Source: an uncultured virus (IMG/VR IMGVR_UViG_3300032676_000720) (Duplodnaviria > Heunggongvirae > Uroviricota > Caudoviricetes). From it: a DNA stretch of 64,000 nt. The translations under genes were made by a program, and so were the position numbers. How positions within the stretch are numbered: position 1 is the first letter of the stretch; each line of letters begins with the position of its first letter. A model generated the notes under the pieces. The model did not search any database. It was not told where the DNA came from and worked only from the letters and a program-made list of their open reading frames with translations. Below are positions 38,478-49,844 of this stretch, piece by piece. The DNA is taken from IMG/VR virus record IMGVR_UViG_3300032676_000720, one strand, 5' to 3'.

Positions 38478-39093
38478 CTAATCTTTTAAAATCAGCATAA
38501 ACTACTGTGTTACCATATTCATCGTCTTCTTCTGGCTTTTCAGTTATATCTTCTATATCTGGCCATTGTAAGTCTAAATCACGCCAAACACTTCCTTGAT
38601 GTATTGTAACAACTTTATCAACATCAATCAAGTCTCCTTCGCAATGTACTAAATCAGCAGAGTCCCACCAAGTAGGAGATTCCAAACTGTCGATGTTTTC
38701 ATTATCGCCATGTATATAAATTACACCATCGCCAATTACACTACTAATTTCAACTTCGCCTAGTACAATACGGTCTTCCATAATAGCTGATAACTTTTGG
38801 AATAACATTATTCCCACTAATTGATCTACTGGATCGCCCGGAAATGTAACAACACGCAAGCCAGCATCCGCATACTTTTTACATTGTTCTTCGTGCTCGG
38901 CACTAATAAACATTGAGCTATCTAGTATATTATACACGAAATACTTAATACGGTCAAATGCTACATTATTAGCAGCACCGTCTGGTGTATTAGTCATCAT
39001 GTATAACTTGGCCACATAGTTGTTCATTTGCATTTGACCATTATAATAAATGCCGGCGGTAAAATTAAGGGGGTATTGTATTCTTACGTTCAT
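38464..39093 (-). CDS. hypothetical protein
   Basis: 209 aa ORF. Confidence 0.7.
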   Translation of the reverse strand: MNVRIQYPLNFTAGIYYNGQMQMNNYVAKLYMMTNTPDGAANNVAFDRIKYFVYNILDSSMFISAEHEEQCKKYADAGLRVVTFPGDPVDQLVGIMLFQKLSAIMEDRIVLGEVEISSVIGDGVIYIHGDNENIDSLESPTWWDSADLVHCEGDLIDVDKVVTIHQGSVWRDLDLQWPDIEDITEKPEEDDEYGNTVVYADFKRLDETE

Positions 39094-39314
39094 GAGATGT
39101 CAATCATTCCATCAAAGTCTGTGCCTGATTGTGCGGCCTTCATTTTACTTTGATATTTGTTTTGATAAGTTTCTAGTGCCATACGAATTTGGTTACACAA
39201 ATCGTGATTCCCTAAACGATAAGCAATACTAAGTTTTTTGTTTAATTCGGCAATCTTACCAGAGAGTTCGTCAGTAGTAAGATTATCAATACTAGGTAAT
39301 AGTGGATGTTCCAT
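39090..39314 (-). CDS. hypothetical protein
   Basis: TTGACA-17-TACAAT (39321-39349) 6 nt upstream. Confidence 0.7.
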   Translation of the reverse strand: MEHPLLPSIDNLTTDELSGKIAELNKKLSIAYRLGNHDLCNQIRMALETYQNKYQSKMKAAQSGTDFDGMIDIS

Positions 39315-39356
39315 ATACTAATTGTATAGGAAAAATATGGTTATGTCAATAGCTTT

Positions 39357-40256
39357 TTAGCTAAATGAAACGCCGTTGTTACCAATACAATACCAACTGC
39401 CATTGCCAAATTGTAATGTACAAGCTGAGCCTGTAGAACTTAATGTAACATTACCAGTATTGCCTAAATTCCATCCAGCACTAGTAACAGCTACAACCAT
39501 AGAGCCTGCCGCTACATTGGCTGCCACTAAAGTTTTAATTTGTCCAGAAACTCCATTTGGAAGTGTAGCTGTTTCAGCTGAACCTGTAGTAATATAACTT
39601 GTAGTTACTGCTAAATTAGATACCGCACTAGCTGCTAATGATTCACTGGAATTATTAAATGGCTGTAATTCTTGATTAGTTTGATTAATCGAAATAGTAG
39701 CACCGTTAGATGATGTACTAAATGTAAATGAGTATACACCAGATGCCGCAAAAGTTATTACATTGGTACTAGGATTTAATCCTTGAATACCAGTAGTGTT
39801 AACACTAACTGCTGTAGGTAATGTTACAGTATGTGCCGCACTAGCTACAGTAATTTGAACTGTAACAACACCTTGTTGTCCTGCTATAGGCCAATTACTA
39901 AATCCTAAACTTACTGATCCACTAGTAGTAAAAGATTGGAAATGTCCTGCGGAGTAATCAATAGTAACTACATTTGATACTGGGACTAACCCAGAAACTG
40001 CTACAAATGCAAAGTCAGATACAAGAGCATTAGTTAATGGGGAATTCAACATATTGTTTTGAACAGAAAGATTTGCTCCGCCTGTTAACTGAGAATTTAC
40101 AATGGATTTATTTTGTAAATCGGTAATTTCTTGTGCCGCATAGTTAAAATTCGTAGAAGTATTCGTGAAGTTATCACGAAAACCTTGCGAGTTGTTATCT
40201 TGACCGGCTACTGGGTAAGCGCCGTTAATGTTATTTGGGTTAATCTGACTTGTCAT
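39357..40256 (-). CDS. virion tail/baseplate-associated protein
   Basis: YPVAGQDNNSQGFRDNF N-terminus, S/T/G-rich beta body. Confidence 0.65.
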   Translation of the reverse strand: MTSQINPNNINGAYPVAGQDNNSQGFRDNFTNTSTNFNYAAQEITDLQNKSIVNSQLTGGANLSVQNNMLNSPLTNALVSDFAFVAVSGLVPVSNVVTIDYSAGHFQSFTTSGSVSLGFSNWPIAGQQGVVTVQITVASAAHTVTLPTAVSVNTTGIQGLNPSTNVITFAASGVYSFTFSTSSNGATISINQTNQELQPFNNSSESLAASAVSNLAVTTSYITTGSAETATLPNGVSGQIKTLVAANVAAGSMVVAVTSAGWNLGNTGNVTLSSTGSACTLQFGNGSWYCIGNNGVSFS

Positions 40257-40309
40257 TCTTAGTATCCTTGAATATGCTATTATTTAGCTAATTTGATAAC
40301 TGTTTAAAA

Positions 40310-41974
40310 TTAGTAATTAAAACTTGCTCTAGGGTAAGTTTGTCCCGTTACGGGCCTTGGACCTACTACATACCCTGGAAAAACAGGGCCTTGAGTTGAT
40401 TGGCTAAACAACGCGGCAATAGCTGTTCCAATTGGGCTACCTAATCCAGTACATGCATCCCAGCCAGGAGTTGCGCTATATCCAGTAGATAAATTAGATG
40501 CGTTATCGCCTACAGTTATATCGTTAAATGCTTGGTGATTATTATAAAATAATGTATTCAATAATCCACCTTGTCTTCCGTAAAGTTGTATTAATCTAGC
40601 AATCATGCCAGCATATAATGGACAACAAGCACTGGTTCCACCATACTGACTAAATGTATTGCCAGTGCCCCAATAAAATTGATATCCTGTATTTGGATCA
40701 GAATTGCCGGCAACATCAGGTACTCCGCGTACTGTTAAAGGAGATACTGTTCCAGCCGGATATAATTTTGTTGTTAACCCCACTTGAAACGCTGGCTTGG
40801 CGTTATAAACACTTTTGCCACCGCCCGAAGGAGTCCAAGTTACTTCGCTAGTAATTGTAGTTCCGCTTATTTGAAGTGTTGTTCCGCCGCAACCTAATAC
40901 ATAAGGACTGGACGCTGGAAATAGTACTTCGGGAGACGAACTTGCCCAAGTTGAACCTTCGTCACCTGATGCTACACATACTGGGATACCAATAACTACT
41001 GCTTGAGCTAGTACTGCATTCATAGAAGCTATAGAGCCCGAAGACCAATAAGTTGTTTCGCCTGCGCCCCAACTTATAGTAAGAACACAAGGGTTATTAA
41101 CAGTATCGTGTATTGCTGTATTAATTGGGTCGTACCAATCAGGTCCTGGTACAGGACTACTATCACCGCCACCATATCCAAAATACATGGCTATTGTAGC
41201 ATTTGGAGCTACTCCTGCGGCTACATATATATCTAACATAACTTCAGGAGAACCATTTGTGTCAGCTGGATCATTGGTGCCGCCATCAACTAATATATCT
41301 ATCATAGTTGGGTTTGGTAATCCTATTCGAGAAAATGTTGAAGTTAAATTTTGTGGTGTATAGCCTCCGCCGTATTCTATAATTCCAATACACACTCCAG
41401 TACCAGTGGCCGCTGGAAATTTATAAGCGTTTGCTACTTGTATAGGTGTTAATGCTGAAATTGCAGCTGGTATTGCTTGATCTGGGGTTACAGGAACTGC
41501 CAAAGGACGCATTAATGTAAAATTGTTTAATCCTATTATATATTCTATAACATTTTCTAACTGAGTTGGGATAGTTATAGACCCATTATATCCCATATAA
41601 GTTCTATCAGGTAATGTTATTAACAATAGTGTTATTCCAAATGCGGCATTAACTTGTTCAGCGGTTCCTGTTAATTTTACAGTAGCCCCCGGAGCATGAC
41701 TATCAGTTATTGTTAACCCTGTTGCATTAGCAAAATCAGTAATAAGAGCTAAATCAGAATCTGATGCGCTAAATTGATTTGAAAAATCATCGTAAGATAA
41801 TATTTTACTACGTCCAGCTAATATACTATCGGCATAATCCGTAACAGATTGTGGTCTTCTGACCATTATACTAAATTTAATTTGTTGAGTGGTGTCTACT
41901 GGGGTTGTAGAAACTACAGACGCAGGTGTAGTTACGGTACTTCCTGCTAAAGTAACTACAGGAGTTAACTCCAT
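40310..41974 (-). CDS. S53 (sedolisin/kumamolisin) serine protease with pro-domain
   Basis: EVMLD, ISWG, ASGDEG, RGVPDVA, GGTSA, GWDACTGLGSP. Confidence 0.92.
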   Translation of the reverse strand: MELTPVVTLAGSTVTTPASVVSTTPVDTTQQIKFSIMVRRPQSVTDYADSILAGRSKILSYDDFSNQFSASDSDLALITDFANATGLTITDSHAPGATVKLTGTAEQVNAAFGITLLLITLPDRTYMGYNGSITIPTQLENVIEYIIGLNNFTLMRPLAVPVTPDQAIPAAISALTPIQVANAYKFPAATGTGVCIGIIEYGGGYTPQNLTSTFSRIGLPNPTMIDILVDGGTNDPADTNGSPEVMLDIYVAAGVAPNATIAMYFGYGGGDSSPVPGPDWYDPINTAIHDTVNNPCVLTISWGAGETTYWSSGSIASMNAVLAQAVVIGIPVCVASGDEGSTWASSSPEVLFPASSPYVLGCGGTTLQISGTTITSEVTWTPSGGGKSVYNAKPAFQVGLTTKLYPAGTVSPLTVRGVPDVAGNSDPNTGYQFYWGTGNTFSQYGGTSACCPLYAGMIARLIQLYGRQGGLLNTLFYNNHQAFNDITVGDNASNLSTGYSATPGWDACTGLGSPIGTAIAALFSQSTQGPVFPGYVVGPRPVTGQTYPRASFNY

Positions 41975-41975
41975 A

Positions 41976-43682
41976 TTATCCTTCCATTTTTAACAAGGTT
42001 AATGTTACAGACAATGCTGTAGTTGTATTACCATTGTTAACTACTTTCATAGGAATTGCTACTGTTGGAACTGTTTCATTGTTAAAACCTATTACTGCTG
42101 GCGTAAAGTTTACTGTGCCAGCGGCATTACCAATTGCTTCGGCTACTACGCCTGATCCCGGTGTTGGATCTGTATTAATTGTTCGTGTATAATCAGACAC
42201 AGCAGCTGCATTTGATGTGTATAATGTAACCCAACTTGCATTGTTAGATGTTATACTATAAAGAGCGTACCCTTTATATCCAGTTGCTACAATATTGGCT
42301 GCCGCATTAGATGCTAAACTACCTGTAGTAATTGTTACATTAACACGAGAGTTGGTGGTAGCAACACCTGTTAATTGACTGCCGTTACCATAAAAATAAG
42401 TAGCGTTAACATTGCCAGCTGTAACATTACCTGGCAACGACATACCTGATGTAAAGAATGTTGCTGATGTTGTACCATTAACTGTTACGGAAATATTATT
42501 ACTTGGTGTAGGAATATTGATACTACTAGCCCCGGATACAATGTTTGACGATGATGTAGTGATGCCAGTTAACTGACTACCGTTACCAATAAAATAGTTA
42601 CCTATGATATTGCCAGAAGCAGCTACAGTATTCAAGTCCAACATACTGCCCGAATAAGTTGGCAAGAACGCGGCTACTTGGGCATTACCATAGCCACTGC
42701 CAGTATTACTATAAGTTAATTCGCCACTAGTAGTATTATAATAAACTGTACTAGTAATATTGGAATCATCATTACGCACTGGCTTAACATAAAATCCAGC
42801 TAAAGGAGCATCTAATGGTGCCCGGGCGCCATTGAGAGCAATTGAGTTATCAGCTGAATTTGGATATCCAGCATACGCACCAATTGCTATTGCGTTGGAT
42901 CCTTGATTAATGTTTCCTGCTAATGCTCCTATAGCAATAGCTTGATTACCTTGTACATTAGCACCTGCGCCTAAACCAATAGCAATAGCTTGATTGCCTT
43001 GATTGTATTGTCCTGATCCTTGCCCAATAGCTACTGCTTGGATACCTTGATTAAGATTACCTGCCGCACGACCATAAGCAATCGCATTAGCACCTTGGTT
43101 AGTATATCCTGCTATTTTACCTACAGCAATCGCACCATCACCTTGGCCGTTAGAGCCAGCGCCAGATCCTATAGCGATTGAGTTATAACCTTGACTGCTG
43201 TTGCCGGCAAAATAACCAATAGCTACAGCGTTACCACTTTGAGTAAATTGTCCAGCGGCGTGTCCAATTGCTACTGAATCACTAGCTTGGCCAGTAAATC
43301 CTGCTACACGACCAATACCAACAGCGTATGTTCCTTGTGTATTAGATCCAGCAAAGGATCCTATAGCTATGCCATTGGCACTTTGATTTATGCCACCTGC
43401 TGTATTACCTATAGCAATAGTATCTATATTTGCTGATTGTCCAGAGTTGCCAGCATTATTGCCTAAACTAATACTAGTACTAGTTTGATACAAATAGTTG
43501 GTAGTTAATGTAGATGCTACATTTAAATTAGTTAAAGTACCAACAGTTGTAATGTTTGGCTGTACGGCTTGAGTTACAGTACCAGCCGTATTGGCATAAT
43601 TAGGAACAGCCGCAAAATTAGCGTCAAGTTCTGCTAAAGGTATTGTGCCAGTTTGATTGGCAAAGGTATATGGTACAGTCAT
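41976..43682 (-). CDS. tail fibre protein with YadA-like beta-roll repeats
   Basis: about 13 tandem 16-aa AIAIG..AG..Q repeats; GNGSQLTG motifs. Confidence 0.75.
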   Translation of the reverse strand: MTVPYTFANQTGTIPLAELDANFAAVPNYANTAGTVTQAVQPNITTVGTLTNLNVASTLTTNYLYQTSTSISLGNNAGNSGQSANIDTIAIGNTAGGINQSANGIAIGSFAGSNTQGTYAVGIGRVAGFTGQASDSVAIGHAAGQFTQSGNAVAIGYFAGNSSQGYNSIAIGSGAGSNGQGDGAIAVGKIAGYTNQGANAIAYGRAAGNLNQGIQAVAIGQGSGQYNQGNQAIAIGLGAGANVQGNQAIAIGALAGNINQGSNAIAIGAYAGYPNSADNSIALNGARAPLDAPLAGFYVKPVRNDDSNITSTVYYNTTSGELTYSNTGSGYGNAQVAAFLPTYSGSMLDLNTVAASGNIIGNYFIGNGSQLTGITTSSSNIVSGASSINIPTPSNNISVTVNGTTSATFFTSGMSLPGNVTAGNVNATYFYGNGSQLTGVATTNSRVNVTITTGSLASNAAANIVATGYKGYALYSITSNNASWVTLYTSNAAAVSDYTRTINTDPTPGSGVVAEAIGNAAGTVNFTPAVIGFNNETVPTVAIPMKVVNNGNTTTALSVTLTLLKMEG

Positions 43683-43684
43683 TT

Positions 43685-46381
43685 TTATCCTAGAATATTT
43701 CGTTTGGGGAACAATAGATATTTATTGTATGCATCGGTATTAGTGTATATGTCAGCAGGTGCGTTAAATGTAAGGCTTCCGCCGTCAAATTGCGTATCAA
43801 AGGTTGTAGTTCCACCGTTGGACCAGTAAACAGTAGTGCCACTGTTATTTTTCCAGCCAACAGCTACATTGGTATTATTAACCCATGATGTAGTAGCCGG
43901 GACAGTAGCATCTAATCCAGGAACTACAAGTACATTCCAAAAAGCACCGGTTCCAGAGCCAGTAAGCGTAGTTCCAGAAATTGAAGTATAGTAATTATTA
44001 AACGCAAATAAATCTCCAGTACCATAATAGAATACATTTACGATTCCGCCATAACTGTTTACAGTATCGACAACAATTAATATATCATTCAATGGACTGG
44101 TGCCACCGACTTGTGTGCCAGATATTTTAATGTGGTCGCCGCCATAAATGATAGTTCCATGAGCATCTCGCTCAACACCACGATACCCAATGCCAGATGA
44201 CGCAACCGATATATCATAATGATAGTTAATATCAAATGTAGTTGATGTTGGCGGACTTGGTATCCAGCTTTGAGCATCGGCATCCCAGTTAACTGTTAAT
44301 GCGCTATCTAATTCATAACGGTCTGCTTCAAAGTCAACTTGATTTAATTGTGTGCCAAATTGAGTTTCGATGTTATATTGTATCTGCCCGCTTGCTCCTG
44401 GAATCGTATAAGCAATTACCCAAGCAGGTGTGAATCCTAATACTTGTCCGTTAGCTTGTTTTGACTGCATCCACAACGGTAAAATATTACTTTCTTGGCC
44501 TACTACATCAATAACTTGATTACGCATATCTTCCAATGCGTTAGGATATACCACATCAACAGTTGGATCAGTAAGTCCATATGGCCATACTACTTCTTTG
44601 CTTACACTTACACCTTCATTGTTAACTAAGTTATCTATAATTTCAGAATACACTACTTCATATATTACTTGTCCTGTAATAGGATCAACAGCTTGTGCTG
44701 TTTTAATTTCACCTAGTGTTAAATTTTTCCAATAGTGATTAAGTTGTAGTGCTTCAACATAAGTATCTAAACTAACCGCATCTAAACCATACGCATGATA
44801 ATATGTTACATTATGGCTTAATCCAAAATTAGGATCATCAGAACGATACAATAATGACGGAGTAAAGATATTATTATTCTCAAGTAAGTTAGAAATTAAT
44901 GCTCTATCATTAACTGGAGGCATACATTGGATGTATAAATTTTCATACGGTTTATTGTATGTGCGAAGTACATCAATTGTAAATGTTTTATAAACACTAA
45001 CATAACCATTTATACTATATGCGTTAACCGTAAATGTACAAGTAAGGTCAAAGGTTGTAGTATTATTATCAAAAGTTGTATTGCCATCGTCAAGAGCAAA
45101 AGTATTAAAACTTACACGCCCAACAATATGTCCTGAAGGCAGTAAAGATAATCCTTGTGGTAATCTTGAATCAGTCCCTGTCGCTAATCTATATTGTAAT
45201 GGTAATCCAGCTGTGGTAGTCGCCGCAACATAAAAAGTGCTAGTCGAACCGTTACTAATGCTTCCTAAGAAGGCAGGAGTTAACCAAGTAACATTAGTTG
45301 ATATAGGGCCACTAATAGTTAAACTATATTGATAGAATATACTTACAATATCAGGAGATGAAACATTATAAACAGCGACACTAAAATTATAAGTTTGTTC
45401 AGTTAATCCAAGATTTGGCAAGTATCCAGACAGCCACCCTGTTTCATTATCAAGATATAGTCCTGGTGGCAAGAAATTGCCTAAGTAACCAATTTGATCT
45501 CCTGTAACATTCTTGCCTATAAATTGATAAGCAAAGAAGGTACTGTTAGGTGCTGTACCAATACTGCCTTGTGGATTTAATAGTACAGGAGCATTAATAT
45601 TAGATATCGATGCTGTTAAATCAGTATTATCTGCTGTAATAAGTGTAGTGGATGCGTTAAAGTCTGAAGTACTCCATACAAACATACTAAAAGATCTTAC
45701 AGCCGAAGTACGGCCGTCTGTTACTTGTAAACTAAATTCATAATTAGTACTTTGCGACTCTACCCCAAAGTCGAACGGATAAGTTGAAAAGCCTACACCC
45801 TTAGCACTATATCCAGGCGCAGCAGAATAAGTTGGATTGAGTTCAAAAAATCCTGATAGTAATCCAGTTGGACTTAATGTAATGCCAGGAGGTAATGTTC
45901 CAGCATATAAAGTAACTGCTGGCGGAATTCCTGTAGTATTGTCGTCTGTATATTCAAGTTGAAATCCAGGTTCTAATAATTCTCCAACAAAGAATTGTCC
46001 AATCTCTCCAGCAGGAGTAATCCAACTTGGAAGATTTTGTCCAGCTACAGTAAGCGTAAATGTTCTATCAGCTAATCGGTTGATTACTGTAATACCGCCA
46101 ATTGTTTTTGTAGTATAAGCGCGAATAGCAAATTTGCTAGTAACATTAACTCCGGCTACTATTGCGTCATCTGCTATAGTTACAACATTAGTAGGTACAC
46201 CTTGAATGATGCCATCTTTTGTACATTCTATTCCAGAAGGTAAACTTCCTGCTATAGCTTGAAAAAAGACTGGATCGCCACCAGGTTCTTCTACCTGTAG
46301 TGGTACTTGGTAAAATGTGCCTTCTGGTACCGTGCCTAAGCTACCGAGCGGGGTAATCCAAATAGGTTGTACTGACGACAT
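43685..46381 (-). CDS. large virion structural (baseplate-like) protein with Ig-like repeats
   Basis: repeated WITP.G.LG / LP.G..L..G.L.G motifs. Confidence 0.7.
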   Translation of the reverse strand: MSSVQPIWITPLGSLGTVPEGTFYQVPLQVEEPGGDPVFFQAIAGSLPSGIECTKDGIIQGVPTNVVTIADDAIVAGVNVTSKFAIRAYTTKTIGGITVINRLADRTFTLTVAGQNLPSWITPAGEIGQFFVGELLEPGFQLEYTDDNTTGIPPAVTLYAGTLPPGITLSPTGLLSGFFELNPTYSAAPGYSAKGVGFSTYPFDFGVESQSTNYEFSLQVTDGRTSAVRSFSMFVWSTSDFNASTTLITADNTDLTASISNINAPVLLNPQGSIGTAPNSTFFAYQFIGKNVTGDQIGYLGNFLPPGLYLDNETGWLSGYLPNLGLTEQTYNFSVAVYNVSSPDIVSIFYQYSLTISGPISTNVTWLTPAFLGSISNGSTSTFYVAATTTAGLPLQYRLATGTDSRLPQGLSLLPSGHIVGRVSFNTFALDDGNTTFDNNTTTFDLTCTFTVNAYSINGYVSVYKTFTIDVLRTYNKPYENLYIQCMPPVNDRALISNLLENNNIFTPSLLYRSDDPNFGLSHNVTYYHAYGLDAVSLDTYVEALQLNHYWKNLTLGEIKTAQAVDPITGQVIYEVVYSEIIDNLVNNEGVSVSKEVVWPYGLTDPTVDVVYPNALEDMRNQVIDVVGQESNILPLWMQSKQANGQVLGFTPAWVIAYTIPGASGQIQYNIETQFGTQLNQVDFEADRYELDSALTVNWDADAQSWIPSPPTSTTFDINYHYDISVASSGIGYRGVERDAHGTIIYGGDHIKISGTQVGGTSPLNDILIVVDTVNSYGGIVNVFYYGTGDLFAFNNYYTSISGTTLTGSGTGAFWNVLVVPGLDATVPATTSWVNNTNVAVGWKNNSGTTVYWSNGGTTTFDTQFDGGSLTFNAPADIYTNTDAYNKYLLFPKRNILG

Positions 46382-46392
46382 AAGTTACTCCG

Positions 46393-47547
46393 TTATTGGT
46401 AAGCAGCTACAGTCCAGTTTACCCATCCTAATGAACCTGTTGCTGGATTTAATTGATAAGCCTGAACCTGTTGAGTTTGTGAATTGTAAACCATTTCGCC
46501 ACCAGTCATGCCACTTAAACTAGCAATTTGACTAGTTGTGTAACTAGGCAATTTAAAGAAGCCGCCCGGGGCAATAAAGCTACCACTAACTGTATTACCA
46601 CTTACACTTAAACTTGACAATGTACCAACACTAGTAATATTACCTTGTGCGTTTGTTGTTACTGTGCCAGATGTTAATGCAGTAGTAGCCAATGCCACTG
46701 GGCCAACTACGTTAGTACCAGTAAGAGCAGTAATTTGTGTTCCGTTACCAATCAAGTAACTACCAGTAATAGCACCGATAGCACTTACTTGTCCGCCGAC
46801 AAAAATATTTCCAATATTTAAATTACTACCATATACATTGCCAGTAGCACTTACTTGGCCGGTTGTTAATACATTACCAGCTGTGATATTCCCTGTGTTA
46901 TCAAATATAAAACCAGTAACACTTAAACTGCCAGCAAAAATTTCGCCAGCAGCACTAATTATTCCAGCACTTAAAACATTACCGCCGTAAATATTACCAG
47001 TTGCCGTTAATGATCCAGCACTATTAAGATTGCCGCCGCGGATATTACCAGTAGCACTTACTACACCAGCTGTATAAAAGTTAGCGCCAGTAATATTTCC
47101 GTTGTCAATTTCAAAACCAGTTACACTTAAATTGCCCGCATATACTGTACCTGCGGAACTAATTATTCCACTAGTTAATAAGTTACCAATAGTAGCATTA
47201 CCAGATACACTAAGACTTGGTAATGTGCCAATAGAAGTAGCTACAATACCTGTTAATGCGGAGCCATTACCGTTAAGGTAAGCAGCAGTAATATTGCCAG
47301 CGACAATAACATTACCTGAAGTAGATACGCCGCCATCAATAATTGTTTGCGGTGTAGATATAGTACCACTAGCACTTAATGATGTTACTGCTAAGTTACC
47401 TAAAGTAGAAATACTATTATTGACAAAGTTAGATATGTTAGCCGCAGAAACTTGGTAAGTTGTCCCGCCCGCAACAACTGGGAATTCAGCTGAGCTAGAT
47501 AGGTTACCTGGGTAAAGTGGTAATTGGCTAATTTTTATAGTTGACAT
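46393..47547 (-). CDS. tail fibre-like protein
   Basis: MSTIKISQLP N-terminus, SATGNI.GGN repeats. Confidence 0.7.
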   Translation of the reverse strand: MSTIKISQLPLYPGNLSSSAEFPVVAGGTTYQVSAANISNFVNNSISTLGNLAVTSLSASGTISTPQTIIDGGVSTSGNVIVAGNITAAYLNGNGSALTGIVATSIGTLPSLSVSGNATIGNLLTSGIISSAGTVYAGNLSVTGFEIDNGNITGANFYTAGVVSATGNIRGGNLNSAGSLTATGNIYGGNVLSAGIISAAGEIFAGSLSVTGFIFDNTGNITAGNVLTTGQVSATGNVYGSNLNIGNIFVGGQVSAIGAITGSYLIGNGTQITALTGTNVVGPVALATTALTSGTVTTNAQGNITSVGTLSSLSVSGNTVSGSFIAPGGFFKLPSYTTSQIASLSGMTGGEMVYNSQTQQVQAYQLNPATGSLGWVNWTVAAYQ

Positions 47548-47564
47548 TTTTAAATAATCCTTTT

Positions 47565-47711
47565 TTAATTTTCTGTTGTGAGTTCAGCACCGGCTTCGGT
47601 GGTTATGATTGTTCCATCTTCAGCAGTGATCTCACTAACTGATTGAACAATGACTATTCCTAAAGAGATACCTTCTCCTATTGTAATTCCTGGGCCGAAT
47701 GTTATAGTCAT
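47565..47711 (-). CDS. small structural-module protein (48 aa)
   Basis: manual translation MTITFGPGITIGEGISLG..ITAEDGTIITTEAG. Confidence 0.6.
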   Translation of the reverse strand: MTITFGPGITIGEGISLGIVIVQSVSEITAEDGTIITTEAGAELTTEN

Positions 47712-47717
47712 AATCTA

Positions 47718-49451
47718 TTAATATCCTGCGGTAAGAGCACTTCTTGCCCAAGTATTTGGAGCAACACATACATAGATGTAATTGGTATCCCATGCCAACT
47801 GACCTACTACCCCAGGTGAACTAGAAGTAGGACTCGATGACGCTGTTAATTGTAAATTACCAACAGTAACATTACCACTAGCCGATAATGATACTGTAGC
47901 AATTAAATTAGCACCAGCAATATCTCCGCCTGAGCCCGAAGTAGTAAGTGTGTTAGCTGTTACATTTCCACTTACTGTTAAAGTAGTTAGTGTACCAACG
48001 GATGTAATATTTGGTTGTGCGTTTGTCGTTACGGTATTGGCTGTAATTGCTGTGTTAGCAACAGGAACGGCGCCAGTAAGATTCCCTGCTGGAATGTTAG
48101 TTAAGTATAACGCATTACCTATAATGTTGCCGCCAATTATATTACCTTGTGCGCTAACTGTTCCTAATACAATAAATGTATTGGAATCTTTGTTGTATGT
48201 CATGCCGCCGGTAGCATCAGCGTTACCGTTAGTATTGAAAATAACTTGTGTATTGGCTCCTGGCACAACAAAGTTACCAGTAACATTACCTTGGAAAGTT
48301 CCAATGAATACACCATCGGTAACAATATTACCAGTAGCAGATACAACACCTTGAGCTAAAACATTGCCAGTAGTAGAAATTGCGCCTTGCGATAAAACAT
48401 TACCAGTAGTAATAATATCAGTAGTAACATTACCGCTTGACAGTAATGCTGTTACATTAGCATTAGTATATGACGTTGGCAATCCACTTAATTGTGATCC
48501 ATTGCCAATGATATAATTACCGTAGACATTGCCAGTAGCTGTTACAGTAATAGCACTAATAACATTAGCGCCTGAAATATTTCCTGCGCCTACATTGCCT
48601 GTTGTTTGAATACCCACAGCAACAACTTGATTCGCTTCTACATTAGCTGCTCCATTACCTAATATGCCTCCATAAGTTGGCAAGAATGTTGCTACATTAG
48701 CATTAGTATAAGAAGATGGAATGCCAGTTAACTGACTACCATCACCCAAGTAAGTAGTTGCTGTTACTGTGCCATTGACCACAACATTATTAACTGCGCC
48801 ACTACTTAAGAAAGATTGTACATTAGAATTACCATAGTTACCAGCGCCACCGCTAATACCTGTTAAGTAATATCCATTACCAACAAAGTATCCGCTAGTA
48901 CTTGTAATGTTGCCAGTAGCAATAATAGATGCTACATTTTGCATTGATCCAGAATAAGTTACAAGATACGAGCTTACATTAGAATTACCGTAGTTTCCAG
49001 CAAACGGTACGCCATTAGCATATTGGTAAGTGTTAGTTTTAACTATGCCAGCAGTTACATTTCCAGGAACAGTTACGCCAGTAGAAGTAAATGTTGCCAC
49101 ATTAGCAACACCAGACACTCCAACAGTAACATTTGCGTTAGCCGAAGCAATGGATACATTAGATGTACCATATCCAATAGCATTACCAGAGATATTATTA
49201 ACTTGTGGGACTTTGCCCCAAATTATAGTACTGCCGTCATAAGTGCCAAAACAATAGTAAAAGAATGATGAGCTATAGGCATACATTCCAGCAACATCGC
49301 CAACTTTACCTACTAATGTAGCTGGCGGTTGTGGGTTTGGGAGAGCAAATAATTGTTCAAAATTGCTGTTTGTAGTAATAAACGCGGTGCGTATAGGATC
49401 GCCCATGCCATCATTTGGCGCTGATCCTACATTAATAATTTCCTGAGACAT
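47718..49451 (-). CDS. tail fibre/baseplate protein
   Basis: INVGSAPNDGMGDPIRTAF (T4 gp9/gp10-like N-terminus), GNGSQL repeats, WDTNYIYVC..NTW C-terminus. Confidence 0.75.
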   Translation of the reverse strand: MSQEIINVGSAPNDGMGDPIRTAFITTNSNFEQLFALPNPQPPATLVGKVGDVAGMYAYSSSFFYYCFGTYDGSTIIWGKVPQVNNISGNAIGYGTSNVSIASANANVTVGVSGVANVATFTSTGVTVPGNVTAGIVKTNTYQYANGVPFAGNYGNSNVSSYLVTYSGSMQNVASIIATGNITSTSGYFVGNGYYLTGISGGAGNYGNSNVQSFLSSGAVNNVVVNGTVTATTYLGDGSQLTGIPSSYTNANVATFLPTYGGILGNGAANVEANQVVAVGIQTTGNVGAGNISGANVISAITVTATGNVYGNYIIGNGSQLSGLPTSYTNANVTALLSSGNVTTDIITTGNVLSQGAISTTGNVLAQGVVSATGNIVTDGVFIGTFQGNVTGNFVVPGANTQVIFNTNGNADATGGMTYNKDSNTFIVLGTVSAQGNIIGGNIIGNALYLTNIPAGNLTGAVPVANTAITANTVTTNAQPNITSVGTLTTLTVSGNVTANTLTTSGSGGDIAGANLIATVSLSASGNVTVGNLQLTASSSPTSSSPGVVGQLAWDTNYIYVCVAPNTWARSALTAGY

Positions 49452-49517
49452 ACCATTCCTCTTTAGCTTTTATTATTTAGCTAAAATGGTATCTATGTTA
49501 TTTTGGGCGTTTTTAGT

Positions 49518-49844
49518 TTAATATGGGGAGAAACTACTACCGCAACCGCAGGTTGTTGATGCCTGCATTCCAGTAATTGTAAAGGCAGAACCGTGTATAT
49601 CTTCTTTATAATCTACAACGGCACCTTGTAAATAGGATCCAGACATAGAATCTACAAGTAAATGTACGCCATTAGATTCAAAATCCCAATCATCGTCGGC
49701 TTGGTCTTCGTCTAAAGTGAACCCTGTTTGAAACCCAGAACATCCGCCACCTTGTACGAATACTCGTAATTTCAAATTAGGGTTATTTTCTTCTGCTAAA
49801 ATATCTTTAATTTTAGCTGTAGCAGATTCGGTAATGGTAATCAT
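49518..49844 (-). CDS. erpA: A-type Fe-S carrier (ErpA/IscA/HesB)
   Basis: GGGCSGF and CGCGSSF. Confidence 0.9.
   Translation of the reverse strand: MITITESATAKIKDILAEENNPNLKLRVFVQGGGCSGFQTGFTLDEDQADDDWDFESNGVHLLVDSMSGSYLQGAVVDYKEDIHGSAFTITGMQASTTCGCGSSFSPY

Noticed and set aside
42840..43470. 48-nt periodic repeats that might suggest a CRISPR array
   Set aside because: They are degenerate in-frame coding repeats (AIAIG..AG) of a fibre protein, with no constant repeat and unique spacer structure.
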